From Candidatus Micrarchaeota archaeon (GTDB lineage: Archaea; Micrarchaeota; Micrarchaeia; Micrarchaeales; CABMGC01), in assembly GCA_021789155.1 (NCBI GenBank), contig JAJYJW010000001.1, positions 1,473-65,472 on the forward strand: a stretch of 64,000 bases of DNA. The letters are read 5' to 3'. The notes under the pieces were generated by a model. The model was not told the DNA's origin and ran no database searches. It saw nothing but the letters and a program-made list of their open reading frames with translations. This document shows positions 9,099-18,474 of the stretch, piece after piece. How positions within the stretch are numbered: the first letter of the stretch is position 1; each line of letters opens with the position of its first letter. The translations under genes were made by a program, and so were the position numbers.

Positions 9099-10034
9099 CT
9101 ACGGCGCTGAATAACCGGATTCCCAACTACTTGTGAAACTTACTGCAGATGGAACACCATTATTGTTGTTTCCTGAATAATCCTTTGTGTCTCCATTCAG
9201 AGGCCACCAGCCAACGAGATTGTTGAGTTTTAACGGGGCGCCGCCTATGCCCTCCTGATACAACGCCGCAACCTCGTTTGAGGATAACGAAGTGTTGTAA
9301 ACCTGGACGTTTGCCATTTCGCCAGGAAACATATCTCCTGTATTTCCTCCGATTTTCATAGGATTAGCATTGCCTGTAGCTAGATTCCCAGGTACCCCTG
9401 TAAGTGTTCCCTTTGAAACTCCATTTATGTATAGGGTTACAGTTCCTGCAGTGCCATCATACACACCGACGTAATTCACCCAAGTATTTGCGGGATTTGC
9501 AACCTGGGGATTTTCATAATAGCGAGTGTTAGCAGGGCTAGGACCTACTACTTCAAATGCGACTGCATTGTTATGATAACTGTATGGTTCCATGAGAAGA
9601 TCATACTGGCTGTTCGAACAGCATGCAGGAAACCCGAATAATCCCCTATACACGTCATTGAATGAATAGGATAACATTATCCAGATACTCACGCTTACCG
9701 CGTTGTGATTGGAGAACAATAGTGCGGTACTTCCAGGAGAAATGTACGAGTTTGTTCCATCGAACTTTGCAACGTACTGTGGCAATTCACCGTTGCAAAT
9801 TCCCTGAAGATTAATGAATGAGGTCGTTGCTGGGCCGTTTGGCCTGAATACGTGACATGCACCAGGAGGAGCCTTTGGGGTGAAGGTTGATGCGTTGAAA
9901 ATACCTAGTTGGAAGAGTGCACCTAGGACTACTGCGATGATTAGAATTGCCCAGCCATAGGTCATGAGATATTCCATCGCTGATTGTAATGTTGCTGCGT
10001 TCTTTTCCTGCATTGTATCTGCTAGGTTATCCAT
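9099..10034 (-). CDS. type IV pilin-like LamG-domain protein, paralog 3
   Basis: ..TLQSAMEYLMTYGWAILII.. with start at 10034 or ATG 10013. WVNYVGVYDGTAGTVTLYINGV, MANVQVYNTSLSSNEVAALY. 8 nt upstream of paralog 2. Confidence 0.75.
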   Translation of the reverse strand: MDNLADTMQEKNAATLQSAMEYLMTYGWAILIIAVVLGALFQLGIFNASTFTPKAPPGACHVFRPNGPATTSFINLQGICNGELPQYVAKFDGTNSYISPGSTALLFSNHNAVSVSIWIMLSYSFNDVYRGLFGFPACCSNSQYDLLMEPYSYHNNAVAFEVVGPSPANTRYYENPQVANPANTWVNYVGVYDGTAGTVTLYINGVSKGTLTGVPGNLATGNANPMKIGGNTGDMFPGEMANVQVYNTSLSSNEVAALYQEGIGGAPLKLNNLVGWWPLNGDTKDYSGNNNNGVPSAVSFTSSWESGYSAP

Positions 10035-10061
10035 TAGAACGAATAAAAAGATATCAGAAAA

Positions 10062-10178
10062 CGCTAGGAGTGGGAATCGAACCCACGAAGGCCATTTCTA
10101 GCCAAACAGCTTAGCAGGCTGCCGCCCTTTCGTGCGTTTATTGCGTATGCAAAAAGCGAACCACTAGGCGATCCCAGC
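10062..10178 (-). tRNA. tRNA-Ser (anticodon GCU) with ~25-30 nt insertion in the D-loop
   Basis: Minus-strand read: acceptor GCTGGGA/TCCTAGC(+G); D arm GCC-TAGTGGTT[insert]AAGGGC; anticodon arm GCAGC-CTGCTAA-GCTGT; long variable arm GGCTA-GAAA-TGGCC; T arm GTGGG-TTCGATT-CCCAC. Confidence 0.75.
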
Positions 10179-10243
10179 GCAAAGTTAGTTTACACTTTAA
10201 TCCTATTAAAGCTATCTGTAATGTGCTTGTTTAACTCGTCAGT

Positions 10244-10501
10244 GCAGCGGCCGGCACCGCACGATAATTTCCAAATAGGTTGGCCATGCGTCAGCTCGAC
10301 CCCGTATCCGCGAAGCATAGCTCTGCATGTTTAGGGTTGCTCCTTCCGGCCTCGCCCGGTTCGCATGCATGACTACCGCCGTGGGCGGAATCTCATAACA
10401 TCTGCATGGGCCCATTTGGAAGCTTAGGGCACTATGCCAGCATAAGGCTCGCCTATAGGGGATTTGCGATGAGGGAAACCCCTAGCTTCCCACCGTGCTG
10501 C
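10244..10501 (-). ncRNA. SRP RNA (7S RNA)
   Basis: Minus strand carries the helix-8 signature GGCCGGAAGGAGCAACCC. 5' GCAGC pairs with 3' GCTGC. GC-rich, ORF-free gap between the tRNA and the TRAM gene. Ends are approximate. Confidence 0.7.
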
Positions 10502-10566
10502 ATATTCTATTTGCATAGATGGTTTAATAGGATGTAGCATTGACGCTGAGGTCAATTTATAATTAT

Positions 10567-10595
10567 AAAAAAAGTGGCGCGACAAACGCCGCGCC
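10567..10595 (-). terminator. hairpin plus T7 tract downstream of the TRAM gene
   Basis: GGCGCG-(8 nt)-CGCGCC stem at 10576-10595, followed on the minus strand by TTTTTTT (10567-10573), 11 nt after the stop at 10606. Confidence 0.5.
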
Positions 10596-10605
10596 TTCAA
10601 ACCAA

Positions 10606-10989
10606 TTAGGCTGGTTCGTCTGCAGATTGTTCTTCGCTCTCCGAAGATTCTTCTGAAGATTCTTCTGAAGGTTCAGATGCAGCAGCTGCTGTTGCAGCGC
10701 CTTTCTTTTCGCCAATGGCGAACCTTGCTCTTACGTCAGTTATCTTCACTTCGAGAGATTCTCCCTGCTTAGCACCAGCTACAAAAATGACAAATCCGTC
10801 CTTTCTTGCTATGCCATCGCCCTTGGATGCAACTGCCTCTACTGTGACATTTACTACGTCTCCAACCTTTACAGGCTTTGGCAAGAAATAGTTAGGCTTT
10901 ATACCTACGCCCCTTCCGCCTTCTCTGTTTCCAGGTCTCCTGTCAAATCTTCCACCACTCCTTTCATTTCTTTCAAATCCGTCTTTCAT
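10606..10989 (-). CDS. TRAM-domain protein with R/G-rich N-terminus and acidic Ser/Glu tail
   Basis: Core PVKVGDVVNVTVEAVASKGDGIARKDGFVIFVAGAKQGESLEVKITDVRARFAIGE (TRAM/OB-like). N-terminus RSGGRFDRRPGNREGGRG. C-terminus SEPSEESSEESSESEEQSADEPA. Confidence 0.75.
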   Translation of the reverse strand: MKDGFERNERSGGRFDRRPGNREGGRGVGIKPNYFLPKPVKVGDVVNVTVEAVASKGDGIARKDGFVIFVAGAKQGESLEVKITDVRARFAIGEKKGAATAAAASEPSEESSEESSESEEQSADEPA

Positions 10990-11082
10990 GTTGTGTTTCC
11001 TCTGTAGAATCAGCGCGTAAACGCTTTCCTACGCAGTATTAATTTGGTTGTCCTCCTATATAAATCTAGATGTAATGGCCTT

Positions 11083-11832
11083 CTACCAACCCAAAGCCTG
11101 TCTTATCGAAGGATGCGTATCTCTAGTAGCTTCGCACACGTACAAGCAGTCGAACCTGAAGAAAACAGGAAAATAGCCCTTCGCGAAAGCGTCCCATATC
11201 TCCATTACCTGCTTCTGCATTATGCCCTTTCCTTCCAGGAATACTCCATCTAGCACTATCAATCCTGCAGTAAGCCTTGCCGCTGCCTTGGCAGTATCCA
11301 ACGCTATTTCCATTGTTTTGTATTCCGGCCCGTTAGGTTCGAGGAATCTTTCTCCGTATCTTGTCCTGAACCTCATTACGCGCAGAAATTCCAATTCTAT
11401 GAATTTTTCCAGAGCCTGCGACTTTTCCCTGTATATTGGTTCCAACACTGCTGAGGAATTTATCTCCTGCTCTACTTTGCTTATCGAATATTCGCATGTC
11501 GCTTTGCACGTATCGCTATAGAGTTGCTCTATGTTTAGCTTGCTATTCCTGAGTTTCGAAGTAAACTTGCCAAGGAGGTTTTCTTTATTCTCTGCAAACG
11601 CATCGCATATTGCCTTGACTGCAGCTATTTCTCCCCGAGATTCTGCCATGGAATATGATGCGAAAAGAAACTCTGCGGAAGCGACATTCCAATTCTCTTT
11701 GGGATAGCCGTCAGGCATGAAAAGTTTTGCCTTGCCCAATGCCTCTTTGAACCTGTTTATTTTAACGTCATAAAATGAAGAAATTCGATCATTCCTGTCG
11801 GAACGTGACGATTCTTGTTTTACTTCGCTCAT
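11083..11832 (-). CDS. hypothetical protein (249 aa), last gene of the gyrase operon
   Basis: Long ORF, co-directional, 30 nt downstream of the HAD gene. No motif recognised. Confidence 0.5.
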   Translation of the reverse strand: MSEVKQESSRSDRNDRISSFYDVKINRFKEALGKAKLFMPDGYPKENWNVASAEFLFASYSMAESRGEIAAVKAICDAFAENKENLLGKFTSKLRNSKLNIEQLYSDTCKATCEYSISKVEQEINSSAVLEPIYREKSQALEKFIELEFLRVMRFRTRYGERFLEPNGPEYKTMEIALDTAKAAARLTAGLIVLDGVFLEGKGIMQKQVMEIWDAFAKGYFPVFFRFDCLYVCEATRDTHPSIRQALGW

Positions 11833-11862
11833 GGGAACGCCAAAAGTAGATTAACTATGCTG

Positions 11863-12513
11863 TTATTTACCCTTATTGTTTGATGCCTTTTTGTTCAGGA
11901 CCTTATGTAGGTTTTTCTCCAACGCTTTGTAATTAGTAAAATGCAACGACGGGATGTGCATGCTGCGCGCGACTTCTATGTTGCGCATGGTATCGTCTAT
12001 GAAAATGGTTTGGCTGGGTTTTAATTCAAGAGTATCGAGCATCATCCTGAATATTTTCTTGTTTTTCTTTATCGCATGCATGTAGCAGCTCACGAAAATG
12101 TAATCCACGTGCTTCCAGAAAGCGTACTTCTTCACCGTATCGGAAAAGCGCTTCTCGTCTGCGTCCGTCAGAATCGCTATTTCATATTTTGCGCTCAACC
12201 TCTTAAGCAGCGCGACCACTTTCTCGTCTATTTCTAGCGTATCCTTATGGAATTCGTACCAATCCATTGGATCTTTTATCCCCAGGCTTCTTGCGAGCCT
12301 TAGTGATGCTGTCCGCAATTCCTCGGGTTTCATATATCCAGATTCTGCCATGTCTACGATTCTCGCGAGCTTTTTCTCCACTATTCCCAAAGGCTTCTTG
12401 CTGGATCTTTCAAGGTACTTTTCATACGTGTCCTTCAGCCTGAGGATTACGCCCCCTACGTCGAACACTATGCACCTTATCTGATTTCGAAGACGGCTCT
12501 TATTCATCCACAT
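11863..12513 (-). CDS. HAD-superfamily hydrolase
   Basis: Motif I-like [10 protein letters not shown], motif II ILTDA, motif [15 protein letters not shown]. Start overlaps the gyrA stop by 14 nt. Confidence 0.7.
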   Translation of the reverse strand: MWMNKSRLRNQIRCIVFDVGGVILRLKDTYEKYLERSSKKPLGIVEKKLARIVDMAESGYMKPEELRTASLRLARSLGIKDPMDWYEFHKDTLEIDEKVVALLKRLSAKYEIAILTDADEKRFSDTVKKYAFWKHVDYIFVSCYMHAIKKNKKIFRMMLDTLELKPSQTIFIDDTMRNIEVARSMHIPSLHFTNYKALEKNLHKVLNKKASNNKGK

Positions 12514-14956
12514 CCTCTGGAACTATCTCTGCTTCCTGTGCGGATTCTGCATCTTCATCGTCTTGTTCTATCAGTCGTGCATCCACTATCCTGGATCCTT
12601 GCTCCACTTTCATCAGCCTCACGCCTTTTGCCGCTCTGCCCGTTATTCTTACGGAATCTACGCTGAACTTTATTATAACTCCATTGGAACTCATCAAGAG
12701 CACTGCGGATTTCTGGTTGACGAACATAGCCTTCGCTACTTCTCCGGTCTTATCGCTCGTCTTAATGTTTATCACACCGCTTCCTCCCCTTGATTGCACC
12801 CTGTACATATTCGTTTCGGTTAGCTTTCCGTATCCCTTTTCGGTTACGGTTAGGACGTAGCCATCACCGTACATGGGTATTACGCCTAGTGCGCTGTCTC
12901 CTTCTTGTAGCCTTATTCCGCGAACTCCCATCGAGGTTCTTCCGGTCTGCCTCACGTCCTCTTCATCGAATCTTATGCACTTGCCCTTCTTCGTTACTAT
13001 CATCAATTGAACGTTTCCGGAGTAAAGCTTTGCATCTGATATAGAGTCGCCATCGTTTATCGTTATCGCCCTCACGCCTGTTGATCTAGGTCTGGAGAAG
13101 AGTATCGCGTCGCTCTTCTTTACCAACCCACGTGTTGTGAGGAAGACTATTGATTTGTCTTCGAATTCCCTCGCGCTGAGTATGGTTACCACTTTCTCTT
13201 CGTTGAGATTCAACATGTTCACTATCGCTTTGCCTTCCGCGTATCTGCCCTCTTCCGGAACTGCGTATGCTTTCAGCCAGAACGCCCTTCCCTTATCGGT
13301 TATGCAGACCAGATAATCCTTTGTCATGCATCTGACTATCTGCTTAACGTAATCATTCTCCTTCAGGCCCATCGCGATGACCCCTCTGCCGCCTCTGCCC
13401 TGCTCTTTGTAAGAATCGATTCCCATGCGCTTGACGTATCCCGAATTTGTGAATATCACCGTAACCTCTTCGTCCTTTATCAAAGATTCATCGCTTATTT
13501 CCTCTCCCTCTGAAACGATTAGTTTGGTTCTCCTTGGCCTTCCGTATTCTACGCTTATGTCAGTGGTTTCCTTTGTTATTATTTCGTCTATCAGCTTCGG
13601 GTTTTCTATGACCGAAGTGAAATATCTTATCTTTTCTTCAAGCTCTTTCTTCTCCCTTTCAAGAGAATCGTGCTCCAAGCTGGTGAGCTTGCTTATCTTC
13701 ATGTCGAGTATGGCGTTTGCCTGCTTTTCTGAGAAATTGTATTGCTCGATCAAAGAGCGCCTTGCATCAGCTAGCTCCCTGCTGTTCCTGACAAGCTTCA
13801 CTATGTTGTCTATGTCGCCAATCGCAACTATCAGCCCTTCCACTATGTGGTCTCTGTCTCTCGCTACTCCGAGCTCGTATTCGCTTCTTCTCCTTATTAC
13901 CGTGCGCCTGTGATCTATGAACACTTTGAGCATTTCAAGCAGGTTGAGGCTTCTGAGCTTGTTGCCGACTACTGCCAAGCTGATCATAGGGAAGGTTGAT
14001 TCGAGCTGCGTGTGCTTGAACAGGGAATTGAGGACTATTTGAGGGTTGGCGTCGGATTTCAATTCTATTACTACCCTTATTCCATCTTTGTCGCTTTCAT
14101 CACGAACGTTGCTTATGCCCGTTATGATCTTGTCCTTGACCAAGCTCGCTATGTTCTGGATTATCGACGCTTTGTTCGTCGCGTAAGGCATTTCGTCGAA
14201 CACTATCTGCCTGTTTTTCTCATCGATTATCGCGTTTGCCCTTATTGTGACGCGACCCCTGCCATGAACGTACGCATCGCTTGTCCTGCTTGAAAGCAAC
14301 GCTATTCCGCCAGTGGGGAAATCAGGACCTTTTATTATATTCATAATGTCCGCTATGTGTGCTTCTGGATTAGCCAAAAGATGGAGAATGGCATCGCATA
14401 CTTCCTTCAGGTTGTGTGGTGGTATGCTGGTTGAAACCCCAACTGCTATTCCGGAGGTGCCGTTAATCAGAAGATTCGGAAGTTTTGCTGGAAGAAGCAC
14501 CGGCTCCTTTTCGGTGTTGTCGAAATTCGGCTGCATGTCCACCGTATTCTTTTCCAGATCAGCAAGCATCTCTCCGGCAAGCTTCGTCAACCTCACCTCA
14601 GTATACCTCATTGCCGCTGGCGGGTCTCCATCGACTGAGCCGAAGTTACCCTGACCTTCGACGAATTTGTGGTTCATTGAGAATTCCTGCGCCATTCTCA
14701 CCAAGGCATCGTAAACCGCTATATCGCCATGGGGATGGTACTTACCTATAACCTCTCCGGTTACTCTGGCGCTCTTCTTCGTTGGCTGCGTATGCACGTT
14801 GTTTATGCTATACATCGCGTAGAGTATCCTTCTCTGAACTGGCTTCAATCCATCTCTAGCGTCGGGAATTGCTCTTCCCACTATTACGCTCATCGCATAA
14901 TCTATGTAGCTTGATTGCAGTTCGTCTTCGAGATTTATTGGAACTATCCTTTCCAT
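12500..14956 (-). CDS. gyrA: DNA gyrase subunit A
   Basis: [37 protein letters not shown] (active-site Tyr context), C-terminal beta-pinwheel repeats; 818 aa. Confidence 0.95.
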   Translation of the reverse strand: MERIVPINLEDELQSSYIDYAMSVIVGRAIPDARDGLKPVQRRILYAMYSINNVHTQPTKKSARVTGEVIGKYHPHGDIAVYDALVRMAQEFSMNHKFVEGQGNFGSVDGDPPAAMRYTEVRLTKLAGEMLADLEKNTVDMQPNFDNTEKEPVLLPAKLPNLLINGTSGIAVGVSTSIPPHNLKEVCDAILHLLANPEAHIADIMNIIKGPDFPTGGIALLSSRTSDAYVHGRGRVTIRANAIIDEKNRQIVFDEMPYATNKASIIQNIASLVKDKIITGISNVRDESDKDGIRVVIELKSDANPQIVLNSLFKHTQLESTFPMISLAVVGNKLRSLNLLEMLKVFIDHRRTVIRRRSEYELGVARDRDHIVEGLIVAIGDIDNIVKLVRNSRELADARRSLIEQYNFSEKQANAILDMKISKLTSLEHDSLEREKKELEEKIRYFTSVIENPKLIDEIITKETTDISVEYGRPRRTKLIVSEGEEISDESLIKDEEVTVIFTNSGYVKRMGIDSYKEQGRGGRGVIAMGLKENDYVKQIVRCMTKDYLVCITDKGRAFWLKAYAVPEEGRYAEGKAIVNMLNLNEEKVVTILSAREFEDKSIVFLTTRGLVKKSDAILFSRPRSTGVRAITINDGDSISDAKLYSGNVQLMIVTKKGKCIRFDEEDVRQTGRTSMGVRGIRLQEGDSALGVIPMYGDGYVLTVTEKGYGKLTETNMYRVQSRGGSGVINIKTSDKTGEVAKAMFVNQKSAVLLMSSNGVIIKFSVDSVRITGRAAKGVRLMKVEQGSRIVDARLIEQDDEDAESAQEAEIVPEDVDE

Positions 14957-14964
14957 GTAAGCAC

Positions 14965-16878
14965 CTATACGTCAAGCACTCTTACTTCCTCAGAGTGCTC
15001 TTCCAGGAATTTCCTCCTTTGCGCAACGTCTATTCCCATGAGTATGGTGAATAGCTCATCTGCGCGCTGCGCATCATTGATCCTTATCTGCTTGAGTATT
15101 CTATTCTCTGGATTCATTGTAGTTTCCCACAGCTGCTCGGGATTCATTTCCCCAAGTCCCTTGTAGCGCTGCAGGTTGGCTTTGCCCTCGTACTTCGCCA
15201 TTACCTTTTCGAGCTCCGCATCGCTGTAACAATAATTCACTTCTCTGCCCTTCGTCACTTTATACAATGGCGGTTGTGCGGCATAAACGTGGCCTTGCTC
15301 TATGAAAGGCTTGAGATAACGATACAAGAACGTGAGTATCAACGTACGTATGTGGCTCCCATCGACGTCTGCATCGCTCATGATTATTATCTTGTTGTAT
15401 CTCAGCTTCTCTGGATTCAGTGTTTCTTTTATTCCAGCGCCGAATGCTGCGACCATGGTGTGTATTTCGGCATTGTCGAATATTTTCTCAGAACTTGCCT
15501 TTTCCACATTGAGTATCTTACCTCTCAATGGAAGAATCGCCTGGAACTTCTTGTCCCTGCCCTGCTTGCTCGAGCCACCTGCGCTTTCTCCTTCTACTAT
15601 GAATATTTCCGAACGCTGCGGATCATCTTCAATGCAGTCTGAAAGCTTGCCCGGAAGCGACGCGCTCTCGAATATGCTCTTCTTCCTGACCATTTCTCTT
15701 GCTTTCCTTGCGCTTTCCCTTGCAACCGCGGCGTTAGTGACTTTTTCCATTATCTGTTTTGCATCTTGCGGATGCTCTTCCAGATATCTTGAAAGCTGCG
15801 CGTAAACGTTCGTTTCGACTATGCCTTTGATGTAGGTGCTGCCCAGTCTTTTCTTTGTCTGGCCCTCGAATTCTGGATTTGGCATGAGCACGTTTATTAT
15901 CGCGACCAAACCCTCTCTCACGTCATCTCCCGTGACTTTGATGTTCTTCTTGTCGTTTGGCGCGTTCTTGGACACGTAATTTATTACCGCCCTTGAGAGA
16001 CCTGACCTGAAACCTATAAGATGCGTTCCTCCTTCCGTGGTTCTTATGTCGTTAACGAACGTCTCTATCTTCTCATCGTAGCTTGAATCATACTGTATCG
16101 CAAGCTCCAGAAGCACGTTTTCTTCTTCCTTTTTGAAATATATTATGTTGGAAACCTGAGGGCTTTGGCCACGCATGAAATCCACGAAATCCGTAAGCCC
16201 GTGCTCAGAATAATATTCTATTTCATCTCCTTGGCCTTCCCTTTCGTCTATAAGTTTTATCCGTATTCCAGGATTGAGGAAACTTGAATATTTCATCCTT
16301 TCCTTCATCCCATCCGCATCAAATGAAAGTGCAGTAAAAATTTCCGGATCTGGCTTGAACTTTATCGTTGTGCCGCGCCCATTTGTAGAACCAATTTCCT
16401 TAAGTTCAGAAGTTGCATACCCTCTGCTGAAATTCTGCACGTATTCTTTCCCTGCTTTTTTAATGTTTACTTCTACGAATTCCGAAAGCGAATCTATTAC
16501 TGTTAGACCGACCCCGTGCAAGCCTCCGGAAGTTTTGTAAGCATCGCTCCCGAACTTCGCTCCGGAGTGGAGTGAAGTCATTATCACTTCCAGCGCAGGC
16601 TTGCCGTACTTTGGCATAATGTCTACGGGTATTCCCCTCCCATCGTCCGTAACCTCTGCAATATCCCCAGTAGGGCTCGAACTTAACTTTACGATGATGT
16701 TCTTGCAATGCCCTGCTATCGCTTCATCAATCGCATTGTCGAAAACTTCATAGAGAAGATGCAAAACTCCAGCGGAACCTGTTGAGCCTATGTACATAGC
16801 TGGCCTTTTCCTCACTCCCTGAATGCCTTCGAGCACTGTTATTTTTGATGCGTTATACTCTTCCTCTGCATTATCCAT
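14965..16878 (-). CDS. gyrB: DNA gyrase subunit B
   Basis: [22 protein letters not shown]-type ATPase lid, [33 protein letters not shown] at 16878 (MDNAEEEY) preferred over track start 16986. Confidence 0.95.
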   Translation of the reverse strand: MDNAEEEYNASKITVLEGIQGVRKRPAMYIGSTGSAGVLHLLYEVFDNAIDEAIAGHCKNIIVKLSSSPTGDIAEVTDDGRGIPVDIMPKYGKPALEVIMTSLHSGAKFGSDAYKTSGGLHGVGLTVIDSLSEFVEVNIKKAGKEYVQNFSRGYATSELKEIGSTNGRGTTIKFKPDPEIFTALSFDADGMKERMKYSSFLNPGIRIKLIDEREGQGDEIEYYSEHGLTDFVDFMRGQSPQVSNIIYFKKEEENVLLELAIQYDSSYDEKIETFVNDIRTTEGGTHLIGFRSGLSRAVINYVSKNAPNDKKNIKVTGDDVREGLVAIINVLMPNPEFEGQTKKRLGSTYIKGIVETNVYAQLSRYLEEHPQDAKQIMEKVTNAAVARESARKAREMVRKKSIFESASLPGKLSDCIEDDPQRSEIFIVEGESAGGSSKQGRDKKFQAILPLRGKILNVEKASSEKIFDNAEIHTMVAAFGAGIKETLNPEKLRYNKIIIMSDADVDGSHIRTLILTFLYRYLKPFIEQGHVYAAQPPLYKVTKGREVNYCYSDAELEKVMAKYEGKANLQRYKGLGEMNPEQLWETTMNPENRILKQIRINDAQRADELFTILMGIDVAQRRKFLEEHSEEVRVLDV

Positions 16879-17000
16879 ACTACCAGCTTTGACGTTATAA
16901 AAACAGTTTATACTTATTAGAAATTCAATCTTTATAAGGGTGATGTATGCTTCGCAATTTAGCGTATTTCCTTTTAGCTTTTGCACGCATAAATTAAGGC

Positions 17001-17543
17001 ATGGAAGTACCTATTTTTGTCACTTCGAACAAGAACAAGTTGGAAGAAGCTGAGCACATTCTTGGAATAAAATTAGAATCGACAAATTTGGAAATAGAGG
17101 AAATCCAGGCGGTTGAAGTAAGCAAGGTTGCAATAAGGAAAGCTGAAGACGCATATTTGGTGCTGAAAAGGCCGGTTATAGTTGAGGATTCCGGAGTTTA
17201 CTTGAAATGCATGAACGATTTTCCGGGTGCATTGATAAAATACATGCTCGAAAGCATAGGCACGGAGGGCATTTGCGATGTAGTAAGTTTGATGAAAAAC
17301 GACAGAGCGTATGCAGAAACGTGCGTTGCATTTCATGATGGAAATAAAGTACATGTGTTCTCTGGAAGGATAAACGGACAAATAGCTAAGAAGCCCGCAG
17401 GCAATAACGGATTTGGATGGGACAAGGTATTCATACCCGAAGCGCACGAAATCACTTTCGGAGAAATGGAAAAGGAAGAGAAGAACAAGCTCTCAATGAG
17501 AATGATGGCGTTTTCTCAGCTGAGAGATTTCCTTGCCAAATGA
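17001..17543 (+). CDS. non-canonical purine NTP pyrophosphatase (ITPase, RdgB/HAM1 family)
   Basis: FVTSNKNKLEEAEHILG, VEDSGVYL, GFGWDKVFIP are family hallmarks. Confidence 0.85.
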   Translation: MEVPIFVTSNKNKLEEAEHILGIKLESTNLEIEEIQAVEVSKVAIRKAEDAYLVLKRPVIVEDSGVYLKCMNDFPGALIKYMLESIGTEGICDVVSLMKNDRAYAETCVAFHDGNKVHVFSGRINGQIAKKPAGNNGFGWDKVFIPEAHEITFGEMEKEEKNKLSMRMMAFSQLRDFLAK

Positions 17544-17546
17544 TGA

Positions 17547-18401
17547 TCAGTACGCGAGAATTATCGCGCCTACTACTGCTATCAACAAACCCAAGGTTTG
17601 CCCTTTAGTAAGCTTGTCCCTGAACAATATTGCACCTAGAATAGCCACTGCAACCGGAGTAAATGCCATCAACGTACCTGCCTTTGCGATTTCATTCGCG
17701 AATGCCGCAGCGCCGAAAAGCACGATCGCAACCCCGTTGAACAGTCCGAGCGATGCTGCCTTTGCCATAGAAAACTTTTGCTTTGCGAACGTTTCTTTCA
17801 GTAGTTTTGGATTTGAGAAATGAGTAAAAGCTATGACCGTGGCGATTGTGAACAACATCGCCAAGAATTGTGGGACTATGAAGTTGTTCATCGCAAAAAT
17901 CACATATGCTATTGGAATCCAGCCCAAGCCCCACAGAAGCATAGCAAATGCGGCTGGGATAAGTTTTTGGTCTATCCTGAAACTCCTATCTATAACAACA
18001 AACAAAGATCCTGCAAAAACCAGTACAATTCCAAGAATTGCGGTGTTCGACATGCTCTCGTTTAGGATGAATATTCCGAATAGTGCCAATACTGCAGGTT
18101 GAATCTGCACTAGCGCAACCGTATTCGTAACCTGCGAATCCTTCAGAGATATGTAGAAAAGAGAATACGCTATCCCGCTTGAAATTCCTGCAATAGTTAT
18201 CAAAAACACATCGTATGCGTTGATTGTGAAAGATGGGAATACGATCGACCCGAGTAGCATTACCAATGCTGCTCCCGACGTTGCAAATAGCGCTGCTCTG
18301 ACGTTACCGTACTTTACTGAGAAATCTTTAGCTATGATGTCGTATATTGCCCACAATAACGCTGCGGAAATCCCAGTGGTAATACCTATACTAAGCATCA
18401 A
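17547..18401 (-). CDS. EamA/DMT-family transporter
   Basis: About 10 predicted TM helices in two similar halves; 284 aa. Confidence 0.7.
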   Translation of the reverse strand: MMLSIGITTGISAALLWAIYDIIAKDFSVKYGNVRAALFATSGAALVMLLGSIVFPSFTINAYDVFLITIAGISSGIAYSLFYISLKDSQVTNTVALVQIQPAVLALFGIFILNESMSNTAILGIVLVFAGSLFVVIDRSFRIDQKLIPAAFAMLLWGLGWIPIAYVIFAMNNFIVPQFLAMLFTIATVIAFTHFSNPKLLKETFAKQKFSMAKAASLGLFNGVAIVLFGAAAFANEIAKAGTLMAFTPVAVAILGAILFRDKLTKGQTLGLLIAVVGAIILAY

Positions 18402-18474
18402 GAAACCTTACTCATAATTACAGACAAGCAATAAATTGCTTTGTCTCTAATGTTGTACATAGTTGGTGAAGAGG

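Noticed and set aside
10641-10664. 12-nt tandem repeat GAAGATTCTTCT x2 as a regulatory or CRISPR-like repeat.
   Set aside because: It lies inside the TRAM gene and simply encodes the SEES acidic tail. There are only two units.
12563-14914. Many 60-160 aa ORFs antisense to gyrA (e.g. 13425-13913), and similar ones opposite gyrB, glmS, aCPSF1, ALDH, trxB and others.
   Set aside because: These are shadow ORFs opposite strongly supported genes. Their products are low-complexity and Ser/Leu/Arg-rich, with no motifs and no independent start context.
12500-16878. Bacterial-type gyrase in an archaeon as a novelty.
   Set aside because: Gyrase acquisition by several archaeal lineages is well established. 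Only the extended operon context is reported.
16879-16986. 36-codon extension of gyrB, and similar extensions at 4579-4668, 9091-9126, 40680-40772, 45326-45352 and 60467-60550.
   Set aside because: Conserved family N-termini begin at the internal ATGs, and the extensions overlap neighbouring genes or promoters.
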